This document shows, piece by piece, positions 1 through 10,600 of a stretch of 64,000 nt of DNA. The stretch spans positions 423,678 to 487,677 of the forward strand of contig CAVTUQ010000007.1 in the NCBI GenBank assembly GCA_963737905.1, written 5' to 3'. The notes under the pieces were generated by a model. The model saw nothing but the letters and a program-made list of their open reading frames with translations. It ran no database searches and had not been told where the DNA came from. This DNA is from an uncultured delta proteobacterium. GTDB taxonomy: Bacteria > Desulfobacterota > Binatia > UBA9968. The position numbers were made by a program, and so were the translations under genes. Each line of letters starts with the position of its first letter. Position 1 is the first letter of the stretch.

Positions 1-427
1 TTTCCTTACAAAGGATTGACGAGTCACTGGCTGGCGCGCCCCCTCCACGATTCAGAACGTTGCTCTAGATTATCAGCTTTCTCTCGACCATTGTGATGTG
101 ACCAAGCAGGTAGGGTGCCAATTAGAAATGGCGGCGCTGATTTTCGACAACACCTGAATTTTATGCGGAATTGTTCCAGCGCCGAGTCCAAGCAGCCCGT
201 CTAAGAGAGCCATGAGTATCCTTTAGAACACAGGGGTGTCTACAAAAATAGATAGTGCGAGTGGTGAATTGCAAGAAGCGCCCCTCACACGAAAGGCGCT
301 GGATAGTGCCTTCGAGGTGTTTCTCTTCAAAGAATTCGTCGCCGATGAAAGCTTGGGCATGGGAATCCCAAGCTCGGCATCAGGCATAAAACGGACTTAA
401 TCACCGAGCGAATTTACTGCTCGACTC

Positions 428-1543
428 CTAATGTTTGGCGGCGCCGTTTCCGTTCAAACCAAAGAGCCGCATAGCGTTTCCGCCCAACACTCTTTCTTTA
501 TCGTCTTCAGATAGTCTGGGCATAGACTTGATGGTCTGCACCGTTTTGGGCCAAGTCGCTACCGCGTCGCCGTGATCAAAATCGCTGCCGATGATGATGT
601 TGTGATTGGGCCAGCCTTTGATCGTTTCAGGCAGATAGGTTTCCCAAGAGACGGCGGCGATATAGAATTGGTCGAAGTATTCACTCGGAGCTTTGGTGAT
701 TTTTTGCTTGCCGTCGAAGAACTGCTTGACCGCCGTTGAAATTCCCGCTTCGCTGGGCGTATGAGCGTTCAGAGTGTGCATTAGCCAGGGTACCCAGCCG
801 ATGCCGCCCTCGAAGAAGGCGAACTTTAAGGTCGGGAATCGATCCAGTACGCCGCTGAAAATCAGCCGCGCCGCGCTCACCATGTAGGTCAATGGAAATC
901 CCAGCGCCGTGGGAAAATGCGGAAACCCTTGATAACGTTCTGCGCCCACGAGCCAGGGATGACTGTGCTGCGCTTCAAAAACTCTCGCTCCCGGATGGAC
1001 CAAGATCGGAATATCAAGCCTGGCAATCTCTTCGTAGAGCGGCCACAACACCTCATTGTCGAGATCCCCGTCCGCCCAGCCACCGCTGAACTTAACCGCT
1101 TTCATGCCGAGATCTTGGACCGCCCGGCGCAATTCGCGAATCGACTCCTGGATATCCGGCAAATAGATCCAGGCGCAACCGATGAAACGATCATCGCCGC
1201 TGATATCTTCGGCAGTGGTCTCGTTGTATGCGCGTGCCAATTGCCGCCCGAGCTCGGCATCGAGTTCATAGATCAGCATGCGGTTGTCGGGGATCAAAAC
1301 CTGAATATCGAAACCGTCCTTCTTCATAAATTCGGCGCGCAGCTCTGGACTCCAACGACCCTCTTTGAATGAGTGGATCTTATTGCCGTCCCTATAATAG
1401 GTCGCTACCTTCCCCGGCACCGGCTCACCGAAACGAATGAGGTCGCCCTTGTCTGGTGTAACCTCCACATATCCCTTACCGGGATGGGACACTTTGTCGA
1501 TAAAACGCAGCGGCCAATAATGGGTATCACCGTCGATGTACAT
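428..1543 (-). CDS. amidohydrolase_2 family protein (ACMSD/decarboxylase-like)
   Basis: N-terminal IDGDTH, ILVHPG, FFEGGIGW, GSDFDH and GGNAMRLF motifs; AGGAGA RBS. Confidence 0.9.
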   Translation of the reverse strand: MYIDGDTHYWPLRFIDKVSHPGKGYVEVTPDKGDLIRFGEPVPGKVATYYRDGNKIHSFKEGRWSPELRAEFMKKDGFDIQVLIPDNRMLIYELDAELGRQLARAYNETTAEDISGDDRFIGCAWIYLPDIQESIRELRRAVQDLGMKAVKFSGGWADGDLDNEVLWPLYEEIARLDIPILVHPGARVFEAQHSHPWLVGAERYQGFPHFPTALGFPLTYMVSAARLIFSGVLDRFPTLKFAFFEGGIGWVPWLMHTLNAHTPSEAGISTAVKQFFDGKQKITKAPSEYFDQFYIAAVSWETYLPETIKGWPNHNIIIGSDFDHGDAVATWPKTVQTIKSMPRLSEDDKERVLGGNAMRLFGLNGNGAAKH

Positions 1544-1611
1544 GCCTTAATCTCCTTCTTGTCCCTCAATTCAAATCTTGGGTATTCTGATTGTCGTTCG
1601 TCGTTCTCAGT

Positions 1612-1638
1612 TGTCATTTCGACCGGAGGGAGAAATCT
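1612..1638 (+). repeat. REP-like hairpin TGTCATTTCGACCGGAGGGAGAAATCT (left of GIY-YIG gene)
   Basis: Stem ATTTC/GAAAT; inverted partner at 2010-2036. Confidence 0.75.
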
Positions 1639-1641
1639 ATC

Positions 1642-1935
1642 TTATAACTCCTTGCTCAAGTCCTTCCATTCTGGATTCAATCTTAGCACCAAGCTATCCT
1701 TTTTTTCTCGACGCCATCTTTTGATCTCCTTCTCTCGCGCAATTGCAGCGGTAACATCTCTGGTTTCCTCGAAATAGACAAGTTTGTTGACGTTGTACTT
1801 TTCAGTAAAGCCCCGGACAAACTTATTCTGATGTTCATAGAGACGCCTCTTGAGATCATTTGTAAATCCGACATACATGACTCGGTGATTCCAATTGGTC
1901 AATAGATAGACGTAGTAGGATTTTTCTCCCGCCAT
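1642..1935 (-). CDS. stand-alone GIY-YIG nuclease (UPF0213-like)
   Basis: YYVYLL..MYVGFTNDLKRRLYEH..FTEKYNVNKLVYFE..AIAREKEIKRWRREKK..NPEWKDL. Confidence 0.93.
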   Translation of the reverse strand: MAGEKSYYVYLLTNWNHRVMYVGFTNDLKRRLYEHQNKFVRGFTEKYNVNKLVYFEETRDVTAAIAREKEIKRWRREKKDSLVLRLNPEWKDLSKEL

Positions 1936-2009
1936 AAGATTGCTCGTGTTGTATTCCTGATAGGGAAGGGCTTGATGATAGACCTCGATAATATTACTTG
2001 TGGAAATTT

Positions 2010-2036
2010 AGATCCCTCGCTTTGCTCGGGATGACA
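2010..2036 (-). repeat. REP-like hairpin (reverse complement TGTCATCCCGAGCAAAGCGAGGGATCT)
   Basis: Inverted homologue of 1612-1638 with compensatory stem changes. Confidence 0.75.
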
Positions 2037-2052
2037 ACCGCTGCCGCGGTTG

Positions 2053-3063
2053 TCATTTCACGCCATACCTGGCATACATCTCATCAATAAAACCGCTTTG
2101 ATCCAATTTTTTCATGAACCGGTCGTCGACCAGATCCTCCACTTTCACCTTCTCCACGTTAGGGTTGCGCAATTTCATCAGCCGTTGAACATTCCGCAAA
2201 CCGGCTAAATTCGCATGGGGCTTTCGGTCCAGTCCCGTAATGACATCTTTATAACCTTCCTCTGCTTCCTGGTCGTTGATGCGAAGATATTTTTTGAGAA
2301 TGGCCTGGGCGGTGCTTTTGTTAGCCGGCCCAAAGATAAAGGCCTCGCTTTCCAACAGCGCCTTTAACAAATTCTCGATGGTCTGAGGATTTTTGTCGAT
2401 GAAGCTGCCTTTGGCGACGATCCCTACGCTCGAGATAGGGATGTTGGCCTTGCTTAGCTCCGCAAGGATCGGATAGCCGTTTTCCCTCAGCGTGCGACTC
2501 ATCACTCCATCGAGCACCGTTGCATCGATGGTTCCGGTCACCAGCGCCTGCGCGAGAACGGATTGGTCCCCGGCGGCGATTAAACTGATCTTATCCCGGT
2601 TCGGATCCAAGCCAAAGTGTTCCAACGCGAGAATGGCCCCCATCCAAACCGTCCCACCGATGCTCTGGACACCGAAAATTTTTCCGCGCAAATCTTCGGG
2701 CGTCTTGATGCCCTTTCGAGCCACGACATCATACGTCACCCGGTTGGTAAAGGCCGCCAAAATTTTTAGATCCGATCCACTGGCCGCCGCTCCCAGCACC
2801 GCCGTGCCGCCGGTGTAACCGATTTGGATATCCCCGGAGGTCAACGCCGCCACCAGAGTCGGCGCCTGCCGGATGAAAATCATTTCGGCAGGAACGCCGT
2901 ACTTAGAAAAGAACCCTTGCTCTTTAGCCGCCCAGAGCGGAAGAACTCTTGCGTTGACGGCGGCATGGGCGATGACGCTCTTGGTGGGCGCGGACGCCGC
3001 AAGAGCTTTTCCCGAAAGGAATAGCCCAAGAATAATGAACAAAATGGTCATGCATCTCCCCAC
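2053..3063 (-). CDS. ABC substrate-binding protein, NitT/TauT (NMT1/THI5-like)
   Basis: Signal peptide, GFFSKYG, IKTPEDLRGK and DLVDDRFMKKLDQSGFI motifs. Confidence 0.88.
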   Translation of the reverse strand: MGRCMTILFIILGLFLSGKALAASAPTKSVIAHAAVNARVLPLWAAKEQGFFSKYGVPAEMIFIRQAPTLVAALTSGDIQIGYTGGTAVLGAAASGSDLKILAAFTNRVTYDVVARKGIKTPEDLRGKIFGVQSIGGTVWMGAILALEHFGLDPNRDKISLIAAGDQSVLAQALVTGTIDATVLDGVMSRTLRENGYPILAELSKANIPISSVGIVAKGSFIDKNPQTIENLLKALLESEAFIFGPANKSTAQAILKKYLRINDQEAEEGYKDVITGLDRKPHANLAGLRNVQRLMKLRNPNVEKVKVEDLVDDRFMKKLDQSGFIDEMYARYGVK

Positions 3064-3133
3064 TGTGTCGACTCCTTTCCTGGATACTCCAATAGAGCAA
3101 TCGAGATACGAGAACCTTACCGCCCAAATGATC

Positions 3134-4225
3134 TTAAAGCCCTAGCCCGAGCAGCTTGATCGCGTTCTCCCCCAACACCTTGCGCTTGTTCTCCGCGGAG
3201 ATCTTTGTGCTCTTGGAGATCGGTCCAGTCACTTGCCCGGGCTGCGACGAATCCCAATGCGGCGAGTCCGTGGCTAAAACCAGGCGGTCGCCGCCGAGAT
3301 ATTCCACCGCCCATTCGAAGAGGCCGTCTTCGAAGGGTTCGCAGCCCACGTACACGCTCTGATTGAAAATATCCGTCGGCCGGCGCTTCTGCCAGGGTAC
3401 CAGATGCGGTAATTTCTCCCAATGCTCATCCATTCGTGACAACCACCAGGGCATCTGCGAGGCGCCGGTTTCGAGGCAGATAATTTTTAGACCGGGATGT
3501 TTTTCGAGGACGCCGCCGCAGAGATAGATCATCAAACAAACCATGCTTTCGATGGTGCGGCCGACCATGTGGGAGAAGAAAAAGTTATCGGCGAACCGCT
3601 CCTGGCCCATGGAACCTGTCTTGGTATCGTGAAAGATGATCGGAGTGTTGGTCCTTTCAAGCTCCTCGAAGATCGGGTCGAAGTAGGGGTCCCACCATTC
3701 TTTGCCCGGAATCGGCGTCGCTTTGACGTTGAGTGCCTTGCTGCCCATTTCCTTGGAGCGGCGAAGCTCTTTGATCGCCTCATCGGGATCCTGCAGCGGA
3801 ATAACCCCAGCCCACATGAGCCGGCCGGGTTGCTGTGACGCATAATAGTTCATGTAATTGTTCTGGGCGCGCGCATAGGCGGCCGCCAGCTCCGGGTCGT
3901 CGACGAACCAGAGAATGTCCAGCGCCGGTGAGTTCGGTGACAAAACCGCGACGTCGATGCCGTCGAGATCCATATTGCGCACGCGCCCGTGGGGTGTCAG
4001 GTCCTCGGGCTTGAACCATTCGTTTTTTTCAGCTTTCTGCCGGCCGAGCTCCGAGCCGATCATGATGCGATTGCCGATGAGCGTCTTGCGCCGTTCGTTG
4101 TCTTTGGTCGGCAGCTTTTTCGGCAGATAGGGTTTCCATTTATCTTCAACCGTCTGCTCCCAACTCTCCAAGTCGCCCACCAAATGACTGTCGAGATCAA
4201 CTACCTTCATTCCATCAATGGCCAT
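3134..4225 (-). CDS. amidohydrolase_2 family protein
   Basis: VDLDSH, IIFH, LETGASQMPWW, ATDSPHWD, GENAIKL. Confidence 0.9.
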   Translation of the reverse strand: MAIDGMKVVDLDSHLVGDLESWEQTVEDKWKPYLPKKLPTKDNERRKTLIGNRIMIGSELGRQKAEKNEWFKPEDLTPHGRVRNMDLDGIDVAVLSPNSPALDILWFVDDPELAAAYARAQNNYMNYYASQQPGRLMWAGVIPLQDPDEAIKELRRSKEMGSKALNVKATPIPGKEWWDPYFDPIFEELERTNTPIIFHDTKTGSMGQERFADNFFFSHMVGRTIESMVCLMIYLCGGVLEKHPGLKIICLETGASQMPWWLSRMDEHWEKLPHLVPWQKRRPTDIFNQSVYVGCEPFEDGLFEWAVEYLGGDRLVLATDSPHWDSSQPGQVTGPISKSTKISAENKRKVLGENAIKLLGLGL

Positions 4226-4242
4226 AAGTCCATCCTTTCTTT

Positions 4243-5253
4243 TCAGGGAGAAGCCGTTTTGCCGCCCAAAGCCTGTTCAAGAAATCCATTCTTTTCGAGC
4301 TCGCGGAGAATACTCTCGTCAACCAATCGATCCAGGCTGATTTCGCCGATCTTGGGGTTGCGCAATTTCATGAAGCGCTGAATATTTTTCAGCCCATCGA
4401 CGTTAACGAAGGCCTTTCGATCCGTGCGGCGCACGTAGTCGTCATATCCGTCGTTGGCTGCTACGGGGTCCGTAATGCCGAGTTTCTTCGTCATGATTTC
4501 AATCACAGCCTCCTTATTGACGGGATTGAGGACAAAGCCATGACCTTCTATCAGCGCCTTTAAAGTATTGCGTACAACTGCCTGGTGGCTCGTAAGGTAG
4601 TCTCCCTTCACCACGACGCTCGTGCCAACCAGCGGGATCTTTTCCAGATCGGCCATGAAATTGTAACCGGAGCGCTTGAGACGGCGGCTGAACACGCCTG
4701 CGAGAGACGCGCCCTGAATCGTGCCTGTTTCCAATGCCTGGCTGATGACGCGCTGATCGCCGAAGGCGGCCAATAAGATTTTGTCCCGCTCCGGATTCAA
4801 GCCGACTTGCTCCAAACCTAGCATCGCCGACATCCAACCGGTACCCCCGATACTCGTCACGCCGATCCGCTTCCCTTTCAGATCGTCCGGGGTCTTAATC
4901 TCAGGACGAACCACGAGATCGGTCTGCACGTAGTTTGAGAAGGCGGCGATGATCTTTACGTCGAGACCGCCCACGGCGGCACCTAAGGTCGCGGTGCCTC
5001 CAGTGTATCCGAATTGCAAATCCCCGCTATTCAGGGACGCAACCAAAGTCGGAGAACCGGGGATGAAAACTGTCTGAACGTCGATATTATTCTTGGCGAA
5101 GAAGCCTTTCTGTTGGGCCACCCATAGAGTAGTTACGACAGAACTCATGGACGCGTAACCGATGACAACTTTGGTTCGCGACTGACCCAAGCCTACATGA
5201 GGCTGAATGGCGAGAAGAAATACTATGGCTATGAACTGAATCAGAATCCGCAT
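4243..5253 (-). CDS. ABC substrate-binding protein, NitT/TauT family
   Basis: Signal peptide from MRILIQ; GFFAKNNID, DLKGKRIGV; paralogue of 2053-3063; start codon uncertain. Confidence 0.87.
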   Translation of the reverse strand: MRILIQFIAIVFLLAIQPHVGLGQSRTKVVIGYASMSSVVTTLWVAQQKGFFAKNNIDVQTVFIPGSPTLVASLNSGDLQFGYTGGTATLGAAVGGLDVKIIAAFSNYVQTDLVVRPEIKTPDDLKGKRIGVTSIGGTGWMSAMLGLEQVGLNPERDKILLAAFGDQRVISQALETGTIQGASLAGVFSRRLKRSGYNFMADLEKIPLVGTSVVVKGDYLTSHQAVVRNTLKALIEGHGFVLNPVNKEAVIEIMTKKLGITDPVAANDGYDDYVRRTDRKAFVNVDGLKNIQRFMKLRNPKIGEISLDRLVDESILRELEKNGFLEQALGGKTASP

Positions 5254-5675
5254 CACACCAACTTTCATCCCATGGAAAGGATGCCCACCAATTGAGACCT
5301 TTTGCCGGAATAACAGACACCCAGGCAATAAGTCAACGGTTGGGAATTGCACCACCCCGCAGCGTGCTGCGGGAAATCAACCCGTTGTTCTCTTATTCAC
5401 CGAAACCAATTCGTCCTCTCAGTGCGTGCCAAAGATGGAGTCATAGCGGGTGTGTCTGTCTTGTCTTGAATACTATGTTGGCAATTTGTCTTTCTTTGAC
5501 CGCGTAATTAACCAGCCGCGCTTTTAGATACGCCGGAACTTCGCTGCGTCATCCGAGCGTCCCGCCACTTGATCCTCACTTTTTCACTCGTGACAGGTAA
5601 TTTTTACTGAGCGGTTTTTAAGCCGCTTCCAGTGTGACCTGGGCAAGATCAGTGAGTTAGCCCCTTTCGGCGCGG

Positions 5676-5691
5676 TGGCATTTGCGTTGCT
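5676..5691 (+). promoter_or_regulatory. putative sigma54 (-24/-12) promoter
   Basis: TGGCATTTGCGTTGCT = GG-N10-GC, about 50 nt before ATG 5740. Confidence 0.55.
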
Positions 5692-5739
5692 CTGCTCGCG
5701 ATCCAAATGAAGCGTTCAAAAAATACGAAAGGAGAAAAC

Positions 5740-6015
5740 ATGAACAACAAAAAGAGACTCCACTTCTCGACCTCGATCGTTGCCATCAGTCTGACCGCCA
5801 TGGCCGCTGCCGGCTGCGCCGGTGGACCCCTGACCGCACGGGAAAAAGGCGCAGGCATCGGCGCTCTAGGCGGCGCAGCCGTTGGCGGAGCTATCGGCAG
5901 CGCCAAAGGTCATCCCGGAGCCGGCGCAGCCATCGGCGGTGCGGTTGGCCTGGGGGCAGGCGCGCTGATTGGTAACTACATCCAGGGTCAAGAAGACGAC
6001 GATTACCGACGCTAG
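5740..6015 (+). CDS. glycine-zipper lipoprotein (YMGG-like)
   Basis: AAGC lipobox, GAGIGALGGAAVGGAIG repeats, AAGGAG RBS. Confidence 0.85.
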   Translation: MNNKKRLHFSTSIVAISLTAMAAAGCAGGPLTAREKGAGIGALGGAAVGGAIGSAKGHPGAGAAIGGAVGLGAGALIGNYIQGQEDDDYRR

Positions 6016-6059
6016 GGGTTTACTTAACAAAGGCCTTAACAAGAAAAGGAGAGTTGACT

Positions 6060-6570
6060 ATGAAAAATCTACGAACGATCATTTTGAGCGCAATGGTTAC
6101 GGGGGTTCTAGTTATCCCAGCAGTATCTGCGACCGCCGACAATAAGGACGGAAAGGAATATTCGCACAGCAAGTGGAAGGGCGATCACGGGAGGCGGACG
6201 GCGACCACGGACGGGATCATCGCGGACGATATGACAATCACTACTCGGCGCGATGTTCGTCATGACAACCGTGGCCATCATAATAAGCCTGAGATTCGAC
6301 AGGATTTCAAAGATATTCGCAATGCCCGCAATGAAGTCAAACAGGGCCGCCAGGAGTTGCGCGGGGATCATCAGGAGCTGAGAAAGGATCGAGCGGAGCT
6401 GCGTCGTGATATCCGCAATGGCGCCAGCAAAGAAGAAATCCATAGGGACCGCCAAGAGATCCACGGTGACTTAAAAGAGATCCGCAGCGACCGAAGCAGA
6501 CCTTCGACAAGACCAGACACAGCTGGAATCAGCCCGTCGCGAGCTTAATAAAGATCTGCGCAAGAGATAG
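6060..6570 (+). CDS. secreted R/D-rich coiled-coil repeat protein (frameshifted)
   Basis: Signal peptide; ELRGD/ELRKD/ELRRD repeats; the frame continues after about 6495 to ..ELNKDLRKR* at 6570. Confidence 0.65.
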
Positions 6571-6600
6571 TTCTCTCACGTCGCAGCCTGACCTCGAGCA

Positions 6601-6629
6601 CCCGGCCGTTCGCATGGCGAGCGGTCGGG
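6601..6629 (+). terminator. GC-rich hairpin after the gene pair
   Basis: CCCGGCCGTTCGC-atg-GCGAGCGGTCGGG; weak U-tract. Confidence 0.4.
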
Positions 6630-6830
6630 CCCTGCCGTTTCATCCAAAGCTCTCCTTCTCCCAGTCCCCAAAGTCGATTGCGCGCAGTTTTGACGGTCTG
6701 CGTCAAAATAACCGGCAACCGGAAATTTTTACTTGCCGCTATGTAGCCACACTCAAGGATATTTGACCGCGATATATCTCAGGAGGGTGCTTGCCGGCCA
6801 GAAATAGCAAGAGAGCGATCTTCACCTGGC

Positions 6831-6846
6831 TGGCATCCCTTGTGCT
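6831..6846 (+). promoter_or_regulatory. putative sigma54 promoter; probably leaderless transcript
   Basis: TGGCATCCCTTGTGCT (GG-N10-GC), with the GC about 13 nt before ATG 6859; no SD. Confidence 0.5.
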
Positions 6847-6858
6847 TCTACGCTCGGT

Positions 6859-7248
6859 ATGCTGAACAAAACCAAGAAGATATTGATCGTGGACGATGAT
6901 GACGCGGGTCGAGAATCCCTCGGGGGGTTGATCAAAGGCTTAGGCTACGAAGTCTTGGAAGCCACGACGGGTCTGGAGGCCATCGATAGGGCTTGCAGCC
7001 TACGTCCCGACCTAATCATGATGGATCTAGGCCTGCCTGGAATGAACGGAGATGAGGCAACGGCCTGTTTAAAGAGGAACATGTCTACCCGAAACATACC
7101 CGTGGTCATCAATACCGCCTGGACCACCGGCTGCAATATTGGAGACCGTGCCGACCGTGCCCTGGAGGCAGGGGCCGAAGAGATCTTGTACAAGCCATTT
7201 CACTTACCGATGTTGCGGGATGTTCTGCGCACCTATTTGTTGGCCTAA
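6859..7248 (+). CDS. single-domain response regulator (CheY-like receiver)
   Basis: ILIVDDD, PDLIMMDLGLPGMNG, TA, KPF. Confidence 0.92.
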   Translation: MLNKTKKILIVDDDDAGRESLGGLIKGLGYEVLEATTGLEAIDRACSLRPDLIMMDLGLPGMNGDEATACLKRNMSTRNIPVVINTAWTTGCNIGDRADRALEAGAEEILYKPFHLPMLRDVLRTYLLA

Positions 7249-7699
7249 CACGACACGCCATGAGCCGGGTCGGCCCACAAGAGAAAGTGTCTTATGAATG
7301 AGTTTCTGTTGCTTGCGGTCGTTGTGGTCTATCTGGCTATCTGTTACGGAAGGCCCATTCGATAGCGATGTTCTTAGAAGGAAGGGCGGCTTCGAGCGCT
7401 CAACCTTCAACCTCATGTTCGTCTTGAGCCACCGGCTTCTTGTAACCCATTAAATTGTCAGCTCCGTGAACACGCCAAGGCACATTCGTTACAGGATGAT
7501 GCTAACTGCCCCGTGCTCCCTTAGTGCTTCCATGTCAAGCACGGCCCGCTTGTAGTGGATTTTCAACTCCCCGTCCACCTTTTTTAGTCTATGCTCATAC
7601 CACCCCACATGTGGAGACGTACCTCGCCTGGAGGTTGACAGCAAAACCAATGGGCGTTACGAATGGTTAATTAGTGCTACTCGCTCCGGGATATAAGAT

Positions 7700-10600
7700 A
7701 TGTACCTCGATAAACGCTTGCTTCGGCTGACCCGGGGTGTCAGGCCCCGTATCCTGGCTGCCGCGCTTGTGGGACTGTGTGCCGTATTTGCAGGGTTGGC
7801 ACGGTTGACTCTTTCCGGCCTCGTCATTGCCGGCGTCCTTTTGGGAGAACCGTTTTCCGCTCTCATTCTGCCGATCGGTGGCATTATCGCTTGCACCGTG
7901 CTTCGCGGGCTTTTTCAGTTTCTGCGCGATCGGATCAGCCAGGGGACTGCGGCACGCGTCAAAGTCGAACTCAGGCGCCAGCTGTTCGAGCATTGCCTCG
8001 CCATGGGTCCGGGACAGTTCGATCAGAGCCGAACCGGAGATGTTCTTACCATACTGGGCGAAGGCGTCGAGCGGCTGCAGGTGTTTTTTGGCCAGTTTCT
8101 CCCGCAGATGATCGTCGCCGGTTTCGCGCCGATCCTGATTTTTTTTCTCATGGCGTCCATCGACATCTCCATTGGCTTTATCTTTCTGTTCTTCGCCGTC
8201 TTTACCCTGGTGGGTCCCGCGCATCTTCTTTTGTTCAGTCGAGAAAGCAGCCGCCGGCGCCGCGCGGCTTATGGCGCCCTGAGCGCCGATTTCCTCGATA
8301 GCATGCAGGGCATCTCGACCCTCAAGATTTTCGGGCAAAGCGGCGCTTGGGGCAACACCCTCGCGGCAAGGGCACATCAAGTTTACCGCGCCACTATGGG
8401 GGTGCTCGCCGTCAACCTTATGTCTAGTGGGATCGGCACCTTCGGTATTACGGCGGGCAGCGCTTCGGCGCTGGCGTGGGGAGCGTTCAAGGTAACGAAC
8501 GGCGAGCTCGACCTGCGCGCCCTTGTGGTTCTTTTGCTTCTGGGCGCCGAAGTTTTCCGTCCGATGCGAGAGATGATCATCCTCTACCACCAAGGTTTCC
8601 TGGCCATGGCGGCAGCCGAAGGAATTTTCGGTATCATGGATACGGCGATTGACGGTTCGCGACGGAAACTCCCATGAGGCCCCGGGTGTTCCGTCCGCTC
8701 TTCTCGAGCCTGAAATGCGCTTCGAGAATGTTACCTTCGGCTATCAGAACGGGTTGCGTCCGGCGCTCCACGAAATTTCCTTTACGCTGCGTAAAGGCGA
8801 AAAACTTGGAGTCGTGGGACCAAGCGGGGCGGGCAAGTCGACCCTTGTGTCATTGATGCTCCGTTTCTTCGATCCACAAAAGGGCCGTATTCTTCTCGGC
8901 GGTCGGGACCTGCGCGAGCTGTCCCTGAGTTTCTTGCGCCGGCATGTCGCGGTCGTCGCCCAGGATACCTATCTTTTTTACGGGACTGTGGCGGAAAATC
9001 TGCGCCTCGCCAAGCCGCAGGCAACGCAGCAGGAAATCGAAGCCGCCGCCCGCGCCGCCAATGCGCATCGATTTTATTATGGCATTGCCCGACGGCTATG
9101 AGACTCTCGTCGGTGAGCGCGGCGCACGACTTTCCGGCGGTGAGCGGCAGCGCGTCGCCATCGCTCGCGCCCTGCTCATGGATGCATCCATTCTCGTGCT
9201 CGACGAGGCGCTCTCCAGCGTCGACGCCCAGAACGAGGTGCTCATACAAGAAGCTCTGAGCCGGCTCATGGAAGGCCGGACAACTCTCATTATTGCGCAC
9301 CGCCTCTCGAGCGTGATCGATGCGCACCGCATTCTTGTTCTGGAGCAGGGAAAGGTCGTAGAGTCCGGTTCTCACACTGAACTTATCCAAGCGAACGGCG
9401 TTTATGCTGAACTCATGGCAGGCCAGCAAAACTCGGCCGACAAAGAAATCACGCTGCAGGTTCCCTCCCCCTCGAATGGTCTCACGGACGGCAATGGACA
9501 GTGGCCGGCCGCGAGCGCGGTTTCGGATCGGACGGCTAAGACAAAACACACGGCGCCATCGCTGCCGCTTTTCACGACGTTGCAGCGTCTTTTGGGTCTC
9601 GTGCGTCCCTTCGCCCTGAAAACAACGCTGGCGTTCTCGAGCGGTGTGCTGTACCAGGCCGCTTTGATCGGGGTCGGCGTTGCCGGCGCGCTCGTCGTCG
9701 GGCAGGTGATCCGGCACGATGAGATTTTTTGGCCGGTTCTTTTACTGGCGCTGGCGGTTGTAGCCACATCGGTTCTGTCCTGGGTCGAGCTCTGGATCGC
9801 CCACGACCTCGCCTATCAGCTGCTTGCAGAGATGCGTATTGATATGTACAAAACCCTGGATCCGCTGGCCCCCGGCTACCTTTTGCGCCGCCGCTCTGGA
9901 GATCTAGTAAGCATCATTAGCAGCGATGTCGAAACCATCGAAATCTTTTTTGCCCACACCATCGCGCCCGCTTTTGTCGCCGTTCTGGTCCCCGGCGTCG
10001 TTCTGGTTTCCCTCGGATTTATCGGCTGGCCTTTGGCCGCGACGCTTCTTCCGTTCCTTTTTCTCGTGGCCGTCTCTCCACTCTTCTTCCAGAAACGTTC
10101 TGGATCACTTGGAGCCCACCTACGAGAAACCATGGGTCAACTCAACGCTCGCCTGGTCGACAGCATTCAGGGTCTCCGCGAGATCGTCGGGTTCGGCGGC
10201 GAGAAGAGCTTCACATCAGATCTTTCGCTCAACAGTTGGCGGGTGGCCACAGCGCAGGTTCAGTTTCAGACAGAACAGGCTCGCCAGACAAGCTTGAACG
10301 AGACGTTCATCGGTATCGGCTCGCTTGCGGTTCTAGTGACAGGTGTGTGGCTCGTGTCTCAGGGAGAAATGACACGTGCGCTCCTCCCCTTGGCGACTGT
10401 TCTGGCCATGGCAGCGTTCGGTCCGGTGATGGACATAACCCGCACGGTCAAAGAGCTCATGGAAACTCTCGCTTCGGCCCAACGGATCTTTGCGATTAAA
10501 GATGCACCGGTCCCGGTATCGGATGGTCCAGGGATTCCTTTACTCCCGCCGCAGTGGAACCGGCTTCCATCAGTGATTTTCGAAAATACCAGCTTTGCCT

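Noticed and set aside
7294-7365. 23-aa hydrophobic ORF MNEFLLLAVVVVYLAICYGRPIR
   Set aside because: Weak RBS and no supporting context; cannot be told from chance.
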